Notes: generated by a model from the sequence alone, not told the origin. Shown: positions 1 to 13,100, numbered from the stretch's first letter. The stretch: DNA of 64,000 nucleotides from Octopus sinensis (GCF_006345805.1 NC_043004.1:64356001-64420000), one strand, 5' to 3'. Program-made: numbers and translations.

Positions 1-189
1 TGTGTGTGTGTGTGTGTGTGTCTATGTAATTGTGTATGTGTTGTTTTCTCTCTCTATTGATGTTGGTCTTGGAGACTAACCACTACAAAGGTCACCAGTT
101 ATACACAGCTAAGTGCATGCAGTTTTGTCTGCACTAATACATCCTTTTGCAAACAGAATTCATATGCAAGCACATCATCATCATCAACA

Positions 190-416
190 TTATCAGCAAT
201 ATTGGTTTCAGATTTAAATGCAAAGCCAGCAATTTCAGGGGAGGTAAGTAAGTTGATTACAATGACCCCTGTAATAAACTGGTATTTATTTAATGAACCC
301 CAAAAAGATAAAACACAAAATTGATCTTGTCAGAATTTGTCCTCAAAACATACAAATGAAGAAAAGGCTGCTAAGCATTTTATCTAACATTGTAACAATT
401 CAGCAATCTCACTGCC

Positions 417-457
<41 letters not shown>

Positions 458-650
458 AAGCGGTGAGCTGACGCTGGGTGAAATGCTTAGCAGTATTCTG
501 TCTGTCTTCCAGTTCTGAGTTCAAATGCCGCTGGGGTTGACTTTGCCTTTCATTTTTTCAGAGTCTACAAATTAAGTGCCAGGTACAACTAGTCTCCTCC
601 CCACAAATTCCAGGTGTTGAGCCTATAGTACAAAGGATTGTTATTATTGT
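190..650. mobile_element. Two family-B SINEs ((ATT)n tail) in opposite orientations: ~190-420 minus, ~458-650 plus
   Basis: Share gttctgagttcaaat...gactttgcctttcat...gtaccag with more than ten other copies in the window. Confidence 0.75.
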
Positions 651-880
651 TATTATTATTAACAAAATGTAATGATATGCATAAGTAAACAATATGTACA
701 CTTTCACATTCACACACAGACAAGCAGGCTTATGCAAGGACCAAGCGCATATATACAAATGCAATCAAATGTATATGCACACACATACATATGTGTATTT
801 ATGCGCTTACATGCATACGCATATGTATAGATTTTCTAATGTGTATGCCAGTAGAGAAAAATGTGTAATTTGAAAACTGT

Positions 881-923
<43 letters not shown>

Positions 924-1647
924 AATATATATATACATGCATGCATATAGATACATCGATGCATGTACTCATAGATACACAGTCATGTGTGAAAGTATAT
1001 ATATTCTGAATATGGAAATACAAATACACACACACACACACTTCTGACATATTTTTGTTGACCTAAAAATCCTATCTGTCAAAAGTCAGATATTTAACGA
1101 AAACGTGAACTTCTAAGGATGAACTCTGCATCTTCATCCTTACTTCTCATTCAAAGAATTTGTCAGAGAACACCAAGAATGCATTTGAAACCCCTTTAAT
1201 AGCCATATAGGGATCACCAACCCATTAGTCATGATCCTTATATCTTTGGTAAACAGTTGATTCCCTTTGGTACCCCCATGCTTCTATTATTCATTTGTAT
1301 GGTGGGGGGGGGTTTCTCCGTTTTTTTTATTATTTTTTATTATTTCCTATGTTTGTTTATTTACATTTTTTAAATCTTATTTTGTTTATCTTTGTGAACC
1401 TGGTTCACACAGTTTAGTTATTTCTGGAATTTGCCAAAAAGTTTCAAAAGTGTTTTGAAGATTTGATCTGAATAACATATATCTGTTCCTTTCCTCAATC
1501 GTTTTTACTTCTGTTATTTCATGCTAGCATGGGTTAAATGAATACCTTATTATGAGGCATTGCTTCACAGCTAAATATCCTAAATGTTTCATGGCTAATT
1601 GATCACACACAAGTATAATTGCATTCTATATTTCATACTCATATATA

Positions 1648-1858
1648 CTCTTTTAATTGTTTCAGTCATTTGACTGTGGCTATGCTGGAGCAGCACCTTT
1701 AGTTGAGCAAATCAACCCCAGGACTTAATCCTTGTAAGCCTAGTACTTATTCTGTCGGTCTCTTTTGCCGAACTGCTAGGTTATGGAGACGTAAACACAT
1801 CACCATTGGTTGTCAAGCAATGTTGGGGGGACAAACACACACAGACACACAAACATTT

Positions 1859-1891
<33 letters not shown>

Positions 1892-2054
1892 ATACGACAG
1901 GCTTCTTTCAGTTTCTGTCTACCAAATCCACACACAAGGCTTTGGTCGGCCCGAGGCTATAGTAGAAGACACTTGCCCAAAGTGCCACACAGTGGAACTG
2001 AACCCGGAACCATGTGGTTGGTAAGCAAGCTACTTACCACACAGCCACTCCTGC
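1648..2054 (-). mobile_element. Family-A tRNA-derived SINE, full length
   Basis: Reverse complement of head GCAGGAGTGGCTGTGTGGTAAG...GGTTCAGTTCC and tail TGACTGAAACAA; internal (TA)/(CA) tract. Confidence 0.9.
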
Positions 2055-2364
2055 AGCTAAAATATAAAGACAGACAAAATACCGTTAAGCATTTCACCCG
2101 GCACACTAATGTTTCCACCATAATTTGCATTCCATTTTTTATATCATAAAAAGAAGCCCACATATAGCTGACTGATTTAAACAGTGCATATTCAGGATAA
2201 ACGGTATGCACTGCATTAGATTATATAATATTTGAAGGACTATATAATATATAAAGGACTGGAGTATTTTTTCCTTTTATATTTCTTATTTACCATCAAA
2301 ATACAATATGTATGCATGTATATACATATATTTTACATACACACATATATATATATATTATTGT

Positions 2365-2660
2365 TGTTTGTTCCTTCTCGAGCCATGCCTTGCTCATCAG
2401 GGCCAGTTTCCCAGTTTCCTTGGCATATAGGTTTCCCACCTGGATGGGATGCCAGTCCATCGCAGGTGAGCTGCAAGATGCAGGAGGAAAGAGTGAAAGA
2501 AAGTTGCGAAAGAGTCAGCAGAAGTTCACCATTACCTTCTGCCAGAGCCACATGGACCTTAGGTGTTTCGCTCATAAACACACATCGCCCGGTCTGAGAT
2601 TCAAGCCTGAGATCCCTTGACCGTGAGTCAGCTTCTCTAACCACTAGGCCACAAGCCTCC
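2365..2660 (-). mobile_element. Family-D tRNA-derived SINE
   Basis: Homologous to the plus-strand copy at ~21988-22300 and the partial copy at ~13780-13900. Confidence 0.7.
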
Positions 2661-3781
2661 TCAAATATATATATATTATACTGAATGTAAAAATGAACAG
2701 GACGCAAACAGAAGGTCCGTAATTTTTCATCAGCTATCGACCAATTAGTAATATTCAATTTTGCACCTTTAACAAAAATATATATACAATAGATTATGAT
2801 TCAAGTGAACCAGGCACTGAAATGGTAAGGCACAGGGTCAGGTCAAAATTATATGGCCAGCATGGCTCATAGAATCATGAAGATGCATATGTCATTGAGT
2901 TGACTGCTGCAGTGGGAATGCTCTGGTTTTCTACCCTATCAGGATCTAGGTAGGTGGGTCCAACTGTCTGTTAAAAGTACATTGATATTAGTTATAAGCG
3001 TTAAATGCTTATAATATGCAAACTAGTAGCTTCAGTTCTCTGAAGCTACTACATTTGATGTGCACACAAACAGAATGGCTGCTTGTTTCTCAGGGTTTGG
3101 TCAAGAAATTTCTCCCTGTCTGGTGTCTGGCTATCAAGAAAAAAAAATCAGTGGTTAAGGCTAGGGTATGACCTCACCATCGTTCTGAAAATCCAGGAAT
3201 CACAGTGGTGGAGAATGTGTAAAAACATGATCAAATAAGAGAAGTGAGAGCATAGAAGTTTATTCCATTTGTTGACTGATGTTTTATATTCTGTTTTAGT
3301 TAGATAAATGGTTCTACATTATCTATCACACACTCCTTGTTTTAGCATGCTCCATATACGGAAACTTAAAAAGGGTAAAGTTAACCAAATACATTCTATG
3401 ACTATATAATGAAACTATTTGTAGTGTGTTGACTTGCCATGAAATGATCTGATGTGTAGTGAGTTCATTATGCCACAGCAAAATTATATTCATGAAAATG
3501 TGTATGACTGATGATATAGCATCACTTACATAACTTACACAAATTATGAAACAGCTGTCAACAAATGAACATTTATTCTCTCACTTCACTTACCTGGTCA
3601 ATATATATATATATATATACATATAAACACATCTGAGTGTGTGTATGGGTGTGTGTGTGTATATATATTTGGTAAAATTCTCTGGGTTTTTTGGTGTGTT
3701 TTTTTTTGTCTATACGTTTAAATTTGTATTTAAAAATTTTTATATTTATGAATTCTATACGTTTAAATTTGTATTTTTCAG

Positions 3782-3864
3782 GTTGCGCATTTTTGACATA
3801 CTGCAACCGAGAGAGTGCCGTTAAGGCCCAGGCTGCACTCCACGAACAGAAGACCCTACCTGGC
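3782..3864 (+). CDS. CELF4-like: Internal coding exon of a CELF3-6/Bruno-3 RNA-binding protein (C-terminal half of RRM1)
   Basis: Acceptor tttttcag ends at 3781 and donor gtgagt starts at 3865. The 83 bp (phase 1 in, phase 0 out) translate to (G)[27 protein letters not shown], which matches the recalled CELF4/5/6 peptide [28 protein letters not shown] including the RNP1 motif. Confidence 0.93.
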
Positions 3865-4130
3865 GTGAGTGTCACATATTCTTCTCTTTCATTTGTGGCA
3901 TTATCTTTTGTTTTTCTTTTCCAAATTGCCAAATCCTGTTAATCATTGATCCCTATAATGTCTTATTGATACTAAATTTCCACAATAGTGACATGACTGT
4001 GTCTGCCTGCCCCCTCTTTCTGTTGAACATTTGTATTTCTACTTTACTGTAAATAATTTGGGGGTAATTTACATACACAGTACCAGAATTTAGTCATCTA
4101 AGTATGAATGCCAAAGCAATATATTTGTAC

Positions 4131-4162
<32 letters not shown>

Positions 4163-4387
4163 ACTAAGATTTATACACTGAAAATATTCCATATAATGTC
4201 ACACATTATATATATATATATATATAATACATTATCCATTATCATATATTTTTTGTATCTCTGTGATGTGAATATGAGTAAGTAAAAGGAAGCCAGTTAT
4301 ATTCCATTAACATGTTGCATTCTGCATAAAATTTTCATGGTTAAAATCTAAATAAATATTAATGAAACAAACATTATATATACATAA

Positions 4388-4452
<65 letters not shown>

Positions 4453-4688
4453 TGTATGTATGCACACAGACATCTACTTCTGCTTAGGCTTTAAACACAT
4501 TTCTGTTATGTTTTTAATAATGTATTTTATTAATGAGACTAGATTCATAATGAAACACCTTGATGGATTCCAAGAGAAAAAAAAGATAAATATTGTAAAA
4601 ATAATATCGAAAGAAATATATATATCTACCGCTCATGTTGTTGTCTATGAATTCTTTGAAAGACATTCATTGAATTTTAGCATCTTCT

Positions 4689-4725
<37 letters not shown>

Positions 4726-5101
4726 AAATGATCGCAATCTGTAAAGTCAAAAATAAGAGACTATTCATATATATAGTAAATTATTTTATTGCAAGTTATA
4801 TATTAGGAACTCAGGTCATGAAGTCTGTTGTTTTATGGTTTTCCAAAGATCTGTACAGTATGAGATCATAAACAGCAGCTTGAGACTAAGAGTAGTCTTA
4901 ATATCCTGACTACTTAATTTATTCCATTTACATCTCTCTATGAATACATATGTTTTGTTACATCCTATATATATATATATATACATCATCATCATCTTTT
5001 GACAGACAACAGACGTTAAATGATGGTGATGATATACATATTCGAGAGATAGGATGTGACAAAACCGGAATTTGGAAATTTTTTTTTGTATTTTTCATTC
5101 A

Positions 5102-5195
5102 CCATTACACGTGTTTCATTTGCTAATAGAAATTACAAAGTTGTATATGCATGATAAACATTTAAGATGTTTCCATTTAGAAATTCTTCAGACAG
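5102..5195 (-). ncRNA. Degenerate type-I hammerhead ribozyme motif (antisense)
   Basis: Minus strand: cugu CUGAAGA auuuc...agcaaau GAA ACACGUGU A/ augg. Palindromic stem III; stem I needs two G-U pairs; long loop II. Confidence 0.4.
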
Positions 5196-5327
5196 AATAA
5201 AATAATACAATTAATTTACATTTGGATAAGTGTTTATATATTAGTTAATAATCAAGAGTACTAAATAGGTAAATATATGCATATTTGTATATGTGTGCAT
5301 ATAAATAAATGTAAATTGGTTTGTATG

Positions 5328-5475
5328 TGGAGGCACGTGGGTTAGTGTTTAAAGTGTTGGACTCATGATTAGAAGATTGTGGTTTTGATCCCTGGACCAG
5401 CTGATCCATTGTGTTCTTGAGCAAAAACATTGCATTTCATGTTGCTCCAGTTCACTCAGCTGAAGAAATGAGTTT
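5328..5475 (+). mobile_element. Family-E tRNA-derived SINE, 5' part
   Basis: tRNA-like head followed by ttgtgttcttgagcaa...tcatgttgctccagttcactcagct. Related copies at ~43575-43730, ~54895-55190 (+) and ~37030-37290, ~41090-41405 (-). Confidence 0.65.
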
Positions 5476-6518
5476 AGCCTAGAGGGGGATGGGCTCTACC
5501 AGGCTCAACGATACTCAAGGGGTTAAGGGACTTGTCCAAATTGGTTTGTGCTAAAGAGGGAGGGAATGAAAATACTCTGTACTACTAGAAGTAATCTGGA
5601 ATATTGTTTATTAGAAGCTGAAGCTCCACCAATCTCTGTCAATCATTGAAGGATATATTTAAAATTAAAACAACAGGTTATAAATATCACAAATGTTGAA
5701 CTTAATGTTCTAATTTGCAATCATAGTCTAAAAATCAACAAAGAGCTCATAGTAAAAAGTTTTGAAACTTTATCTCCTAATCAACAATATACATATATTC
5801 TTGATATTATAAGAATTTGATAAACTTTGGAGAGGGCATGGAATAATTCACTTTTGGAAGAATGGCTCTTAACACTCACATAAAGGTATAAATAATTGTA
5901 AGTAAAGATTGGGTTGAAAATTGTTTTTCAATCCAGTGTTTACGTTATTATTTATAGCTTTATGTGAACCTCGAATGCAAATATTCCAAAAAAGATGTGT
6001 ATATGTATATAATGTAATATGGATCTCTCTACTAGGATGTTATGTCATTCAGCTTCATATAATTGTAATATATCGCTAGAGGTAATTGATATGCTACGAG
6101 AGTCTTGTTACATTATCTGCTGTAGTTTGCTGCTGATTCTATCTCGATCATATATTGTGTTTTTAAATGTTACTGGGTATAAATTTATGTTTGTGTATAT
6201 GCATGTTTCTGAATGTATGAATATGAAATTTTATATATATGGCTTAGTAAAAAAATTCTACATACTTTACTTTGGAGAGAGCACATATATAATGTTATGC
6301 ATTTTTTTTCATTTAGCATTTTTATATTCTTTCATCTAATAAACATGGATTTACCATTTTTGTATTCTTTTGTCAATGTGTGTGTGTGAATTGATTGAAA
6401 AGTTACAAGAATGACTCAAAAGCCAATAGTTTCACATATGATGGTTGTCAACTCTTTTATTGCTTGTAACTTTTCCACTGATTTAAAAATGCGTGCGTAT
6501 GTGAGCATATATATATAT

Positions 6519-6569
<51 letters not shown>

Positions 6570-6575
6570 GTTACT

Positions 6576-6633
6576 TCCCTACACTGGTTTCTTGCTAGTA
6601 TCCAAGAATTTGAATATGGCAATCTTCAGTGGA
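6576..6633 (-). ncRNA. Type-I hammerhead ribozyme motif (antisense), one stem I mismatch
   Basis: Minus strand: ucca CUGAAGA uugc [loop] gcaa GAAAC CAGU GUA/ ggga. Core intact; same layout as the 16.7 kb motif. Confidence 0.6.
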
Positions 6634-7478
6634 CCTGCTTTTGTGGGTGTTCATACAGAATTTTGGTGTTTTGCATGTAAAATATGCAGTATCTAATCAT
6701 GCTATTAACACAACATTCATGTGTGTGTGTGTTTGTGTATATGTATAAATATATGTATATGAGTGTGTGTGTATGCTGTTTTGTATTGAGCATATGGTTA
6801 TTTTCTAGTTCTTTGCTTTTTATCACTTTTTTTTTACATATTTATGTACAAATTCTTTGCATTTTATTTGAAACTACTTTTTTTATAAAGTCTCTTAATC
6901 AATCATCAGCAGTTTTAAAGCTTCACAGTCTCATCTTCAAGATGAAGTGATGTCAGTATGTACTGCTCTCATTTCATAGTAGTCAGGACCAATACGATTG
7001 ATATAGACAGTATTGCTGCAGTTTGAATTTGGATTATTACATTTGTACATCACCAGCCAGTTGCATACTTCTGCACGTGACTAGGGTTTGTTGGTTGTCT
7101 GAGTATTTAGTGTATGTGTCATGTGATGAGCATTATTTCTATCAGTAGTTGTCTATCCTTGTGGGAAACTCCATTGTGTATATATGTTTTCTTCCTTAGT
7201 TGAATTTTGTGTTTGAATGGTGTAGTACATGAGAAAATTCAAATTACAGTAGTCATGTCAACACCTATCACAGTGGCCCTACCTGTGTTTAAGAACCAGC
7301 AACATATACCAACATCAACATCATCCAGAAGATGAGACTGTGAAGGTCTTAAAACAGTTTACAGATTTTAAAGTTTACTGTACAAAAGAAACTGCTGGGA
7401 GCACATGAAAATATGGAAAAAATATTCGTAAAACAGATATACCAGCTGTGTAGTCGTTATCGAAATGAAAAAGCTCCT

Positions 7479-7550
<72 letters not shown>

Positions 7551-8834
7551 TGTGTATATGTGTGTGTGTGAGTGAGTGAAGGCTTTTATACTGTTTCTGA
7601 TCCATCAAATTTCACAAATTTCAGATTATAAAGATCTGGTCAGTCAAACACTATACAGGACTTTTTTCAAGGTATCACCCACTGAGATTGAACTTGAAAC
7701 CATGTGGTTTCTTAACCACTGAGCCATGTCTGTGCATACACTAATACATATATAGCATGAACATGATAATTTTATATTCATTTTCCATGTTTGGCATGGG
7801 TTGGATGGTTCATGTCTTACTCCAATATCCATGTTTTAGTATTGTCTCTACAGCTTGATGACCTTCCTAACATCAGCCACTTTGCAGAGCGTACTAGGTA
7901 AATTTTTTCATTGCACCAACATTGTAGAGGTTGTCTTGCCCTCAGCAAGACTAAAGAGACTGGTCATGCTTGTGGAGCGTCTTGTATTATTACTGCTTGA
8001 TTCTGTTTACTTGCTGAGTCTACTGGGTTCTTTTTCCTGGCAGCAGCACAAGTGGAGTCACACTGTAGCTCACTAGACAAAGGAGAGGCCCCGTGACTGA
8101 TTAAAAGTTAAAATACAATGAAAGAGACAGACAGGCAGACTGACAGACAGATAGATAGATATTTCAAGGAAAGAGAGAGAGAGAGAGGGATAAGGAGAGA
8201 AAGAGACTCTAAATATCTGTGTATTTGCATGTGATTTTGTTTAGATTGAGACAGATAGTAAGATATAAATCAAAATAAGATTCTAGGGTGTTTGAAAAGC
8301 AATTTGTGTGTGTGTGTGTGATATAGATATATATGTGTGCATTATAAGAGAACCCATACAACCCTACATTTATAAATATGATTGATGGATTTTGATGTGT
8401 TTGATTATTGATCGTTAGAGATTAACTGATAGCTAAATATGTCAGCTAAGTAGGTTGGTGGCAACGAAGATAAATATGCAATTACACATGTTTGTGTGTG
8501 CAAGTGTGTGTGTATGTGTATTTGTATACATACATACATACATACACATACACACACATACATACAATGTACATATTTTCTTTGTTACTCACAAACAGTA
8601 GGGTTTCTTGTGCAACATGAAATGTAGTAACTTATATTTGTAATCATAAACCATAGTAACCATTGGCAAACAAGGGAGTGTCTTGATTTCCTAGAAATAA
8701 CAGCCAAGTTCCCTAACACTTTTTTTAAGACAAGGGAACTTGTTGTCTTAAAAAAAAAGGCTAATGCACATTATCCAATGTCTCTGAAGCTATATAAAAA
8801 GACATGACGATCACAACTGGAATGTCTTTGAGCA

Positions 8835-9200
8835 TCATCATCGTCATCATTTAACATCTGTTGTCCATGCTTCCATGGGTTGGACGGTTTGACCAGGCTG
8901 GCACGCTGGAAAGCTGCACCATACTCCAGTTTGATTTCTACAGCTGGATGCTCTTCCTAACACCAACCACTCCAAGAGTGTAATGGGTGCTTTTTATGTG
9001 TCACTGACACGGGTACCATTTGTGTGACACCGGGGTGTTTTCATGTGTCACTGGCACAGGTGCCAATTTGCATGACACCAGTATCTGCCTCAACTATGAT
9101 TTTGCTCAGCTTGATGAGTCTTCTTCTCAAGCACAACACAAGGTCAAAGGTCTTGGTCATTGCCTCTGTGAGGCCCAACACTTGAAAGGAACTCAGCCAC
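8835..9200 (-). mobile_element. Family-C SINE-like repeat ((GAT)n tail)
   Basis: catcatcat-ttaacatc...ccatgc...ggttggacggtttgac...ctacagctggatgc. Related copies at ~12390-12640, ~33935-34180, ~34455-34650, ~40330-40640, ~53425-53900 (-) and ~22370-22550, ~55480-55650 (+). Confidence 0.75.
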
Positions 9201-9405
9201 TTTGCTTCTGTGAGATATATTTAAATAGGGATTACCTAGGGCTAAAGAGCACTCGTACTCTGCCAGTTATTAATTACTTAGATTAATTACTTAGTTGTAA
9301 ATATGTGATTGGTTTCACCACTCTGCAACTACATTATCAAGTCACATGACTTTACAAATGCATTTTTATCTTTGACGGATATTTGTCCTCATCTTGTTTG
9401 TTGCT

Positions 9406-9451
9406 AACACAACGTTTCGGCTGATATACCCTCCAGCCTTCTTCAAGTGTC
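9406..9451 (-). ncRNA. Minimal type-I hammerhead motif (antisense), C3U variant, in a Penelope-like repeat end
   Basis: Minus strand: gacac UUGAAGA a ggcug [loop] cagcc GAAAC GUU/ guguu. Stem I 5 bp, stem II 5 bp; loopless palindromic ACGU stem III that can only form in a dimer. Confidence 0.6.
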
Positions 9452-9500
9452 TTGGGGAAATTTCAAACCTTGCTTCTCATTCCTAAGGTATTCTTCGATG

Positions 9501-9534
<34 letters not shown>

Positions 9535-10134
9535 CATTATTATTCAGGTGACTGCCTGGAATCGAACTCGGAATCTTGGGGTTAATAGCCTGTGCTCTTA
9601 ACCACTACACAAATGTAAATAGTGTTGCATTCCAAATAAGGACTTTATTTAACTTTGAAACATTCTAAACTAGTAGGGTTAAAGGATTTACTAAAGAACA
9701 CACACACAAAAAAAAAGCTGAAGATGATGATGGTGGTTTTGGTGATGACGATACAGACATGAAAATTCATAAAATTGGAAAGTTGGAACCTGGCATCTTG
9801 TCCATTTAGCTTTTCATGCTTCTCAAGAATTTCTTAAACCAAATCAGTGGAATCACAGAGGATTACCAATATTGGCTCCAAGCCATATATTGAAGGCAAC
9901 TGATACAGTCAATTTAATCAGCCCCTGTTCTTAATCGGCCTTACTACTTAACTAATACTTATTTTATTGACTCTTGAAGGATAAAAGGCAAATTTTGATG
10001 ACAGGGGATTTAAAGTTAGAATGAAAAGAGACATTATGAAATACTAGAAGATATTTTCTCTACAAATTCTACAACTCCCTGCTCTCCAATAAAACCAATA
10101 ATAATGATGATGATGATGATGATGATGATGATAA

Positions 10135-11140
10135 TTCTTTTTAATTTTGGTACTAGGTCACCTATTTTGAGGGGAGGGGGAAGACGACTGCAACAACTTC
10201 AGTACTCAACTGGAACTTGTTTTATCTATCCTGAAAGAATGAAATGCAAAGTCGACCTTGGTGGAATTAGAGCTCATGGTGCAGAGAGCCAGACGAAATG
10301 CCACTAAGCGTTTTCTCCAGTTCGCCACCCTAATAATGATTCCTTTTATTAGTCACAAGGGCCTAAGATGTAGAGGACTACATCAAAAGACAACACAACA
10401 CACAAAACAATAGAGTTTACATTGATGATGATGATGATGATAATAATAATAATTTCTACTTAAAGGCACAAGGCCTGAAATTTGCAGCAACAGGACTAGT
10501 TGATTACATTGACCCCAGCATTTCACTAGCACTTAATTTATTGACCCCCTGAAAGGATGAAAGACAAAGTCAACCCCAGCAGAATCTGAACTCAGAAAAT
10601 AAGGACAGACAAGCATTTTGCCCAACGTGCTAACATTTCTGCCAGTTTACCACCCCGAAAATAATAATAATAATAATAAAAACCAAAATAATAATAATAA
10701 TAATAATAATAATTTTACTACAAGGGCATCAGTTTTGGGGGAGAGGATAAATCAATTACATTGACCCCAGTATTCAACTGATACTTATTTTATCGACCCT
10801 GAAAGGATGAAGAGCAAAGTCAACCATGGCAGGATTTGAACTCAGATTGTTAAATACAGACAAAATGTTGTTAAGCATTTTTTCCAATGTGCTAATGATT
10901 CTGCCAGCTCACAACCTTAATAATGATAATAATAATCCTTTCTACAATAGTCACAAGGCCTGAAATTTTAGGGAAAGGGACAAGCCAATTACATCGACCC
11001 TAGTGTTTCACTGGTGCTTAATCTATTGACCCCTAAAGGATGAAAGGCAAAGTTGACCTCAGCCGAATTTGAACTCAGAACACAGCGACAGGTAAAATAC
11101 TGCTAAGCATTTCGTCCAGCGTGCTAACAAGTTTGCCAGC
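10135..11140 (-). mobile_element. Head-to-tail array of four family-B SINEs
   Basis: Four ~200-bp homologous units (~10135, ~10452, ~10712, ~10935), each preceded on the plus strand by an (AAT)n/(GAT)n tail. A fifth copy lies at ~11608-11820. Confidence 0.85.
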
Positions 11141-11148
11141 TTTCTACC

Positions 11149-11543
11149 TTAACCCCTTCCCCAACAATTTTTATTAGAGAAAACATTTTATTTCCAAACA
11201 AATTTTTTTTATTGCTTTTTTTTTATAGTATTTTTAATGATGATTATGGAAATAAGTTTTGTTTTTATCTATTTCCAATACTTTACTTGAAATTCTATTT
11301 TGTGCTTGCACTCTCATCTGATGTATCCAAGTTTCTAATAGACAATTCATACTCATTGTCATCTTCTGAACTCAACATCTGGTCATAATTTTTTTTTTTT
11401 AAATTTATAAAAACCAAGAAATGCTGAAAATTGATGTATAAATTCCTCTCTGTTTTTGAAATTATGTTTTGGACTACTCAGTGCACTTTGAGAAAGACAA
11501 AAATTAGGTGAAGACAAGTTAACTCATCTTTGCCAGGTAAAGG

Positions 11544-11547
<4 letters not shown>
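11149..11547. mobile_element. Candidate piggyBac-type MITE
   Basis: TTAA at 11149-11152 and 11544-11547; ends cccctt / taaggg form only a short TIR. Confidence 0.45.
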
Positions 11548-11584
<37 letters not shown>

Positions 11585-12689
11585 TGATAATGATAATGAT
11601 GGTAATGTTTCTGATTTAGGCAACTAGGCCAGCAATTTTAAAGTAAAGAGATTTGGTGATCACATTGACCCCCTAGTACTAGAATTGTTCTTTATTTTGA
11701 CACTTCCTCAGAAAGATGAAAAGTAAAGTTGGCCTCAGCAGGGTTTGAACTCAGAACATAAAGTCTCAGAAGAAAATTCCACAAGGCACCTTACCTGCCA
11801 CTCTAAAGATTCTGCCAGTCCACCACCACCACCAGTAGTGGCAGTGGTGGTGGTGGTGGTGGTGGTAGTAGAGTAGCATTTGTAGTAGCAACAGTTGTAG
11901 TAGTAAATTAAATTAGACAATTTCAGATTGAGTGTTTTGGTTTTTCAGTTTAATGCACTTTCGCTGCATCTTACTGCAAATCAGTTCTTGGTGACCTGAA
12001 TGCACATAATTTCCTTTTATTGAATCAAACAGCATCTGATTCAATTGCACCTGATGAAACAATATATCATCTTTATCCAGGTTACCTAACTGCATCCGAC
12101 TGCACTTGAATTTAACTGAATCTTGTTGTTGCACCTGATTGCAACCAATTCAACTATGCATTGTTCTGCGTCATGATGCTTCCTGTGTGCAAGACATTGC
12201 ACCTGGAGGTTTTCAGTTTTCAATAGAAGCTAACTGCAATCGATTTAAAGTAGATATATTTAGTTGGAGCCAACTGCAGCTGGGTTCACAGTAAAAGCTG
12301 TGCTTGGTCCTTTTCAGTTGCATTGGGCTGCATCCTGTTGCGTCTAAATGCAGCTAGCTGTATTATCTCAATAAAACTAATTGCTTCAGATTCATCATCA
12401 TCATCATCATTTAATGTCTATTTTCCAAGCTGGCATGGGTTGGACGACTTGACAGAAACGGGTAAACCCAGGGGCTGCACCAAGTTCCATAGCCTGTTTT
12501 GGCTTCATTCTACAGCTGGATGCCCTTCCTAATGCCAACCACTCCACAGACTGTACTGAGTGCTTTTTATGTGGAACCAGCACCAGTGCTTTTTACATGG
12601 CACTAGCACCCACACCAACGCTTCTTAAGTGATACCTTGGTTTTAGGATCTCAGGTCTATTGTGGTTGATTTTAAAAGAATGATGCCAA

Positions 12690-13100
12690 AGGCCTTTCTA
12701 TTCTCATTTATGGTCATGAATGACCAAAAGAATATAACTGCAAATAGAAATGGCTAAAATAGGATTCCTCTGCAGGATCTCTGGAGCAAATTTACTCAAT
12801 AGGAATGCATAGTTGGGAGATTAGAGAGCCTCTCCAGGTAAAGATCACAGTTGTGGTGCTATAGACATGTGATTAGAATTCCACAAGAAAGAATCTCAAG
12901 ACAGATTCTTCAAACTGAGAGAAGTGACAGGAGACTTAGGGATAGACCATGAGTGAAATATTTGGATATGTATAGTCTGAGTTGGTCATGCTTGGAAAGC
13001 CAGCCAGAAAATGTAATGTTGGTTGTTTCTGATGGGATCCTAAGGAAGAGGTGCTTCAAGACTCTAGCCCCACAATCCTCCCGGGAAATTGTGGGCAAAT
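12690..13100 (+). pseudogene. Decayed RTE-clade LINE, ORF2 C-terminal region
   Basis: With frameshifts and stops: ILIYGHE*...GFLCRISGANLLNR...SWEIREPLQV...QLWCYRHVIRIPQERISRQIL...DRRLRDRP, the typical RTE pattern after the RT domain. Confidence 0.75.

Noticed and set aside
3869-3994. 11-bp complementarity between the donor flank (3869-3880) and 3984-3994
   Set aside because: Short, AT-rich and bulged; expected by chance without conservation data.
5600-5960. Stop-interrupted frames that might be a LINE or Penelope remnant
   Set aside because: No motif I can assign to a family with confidence.
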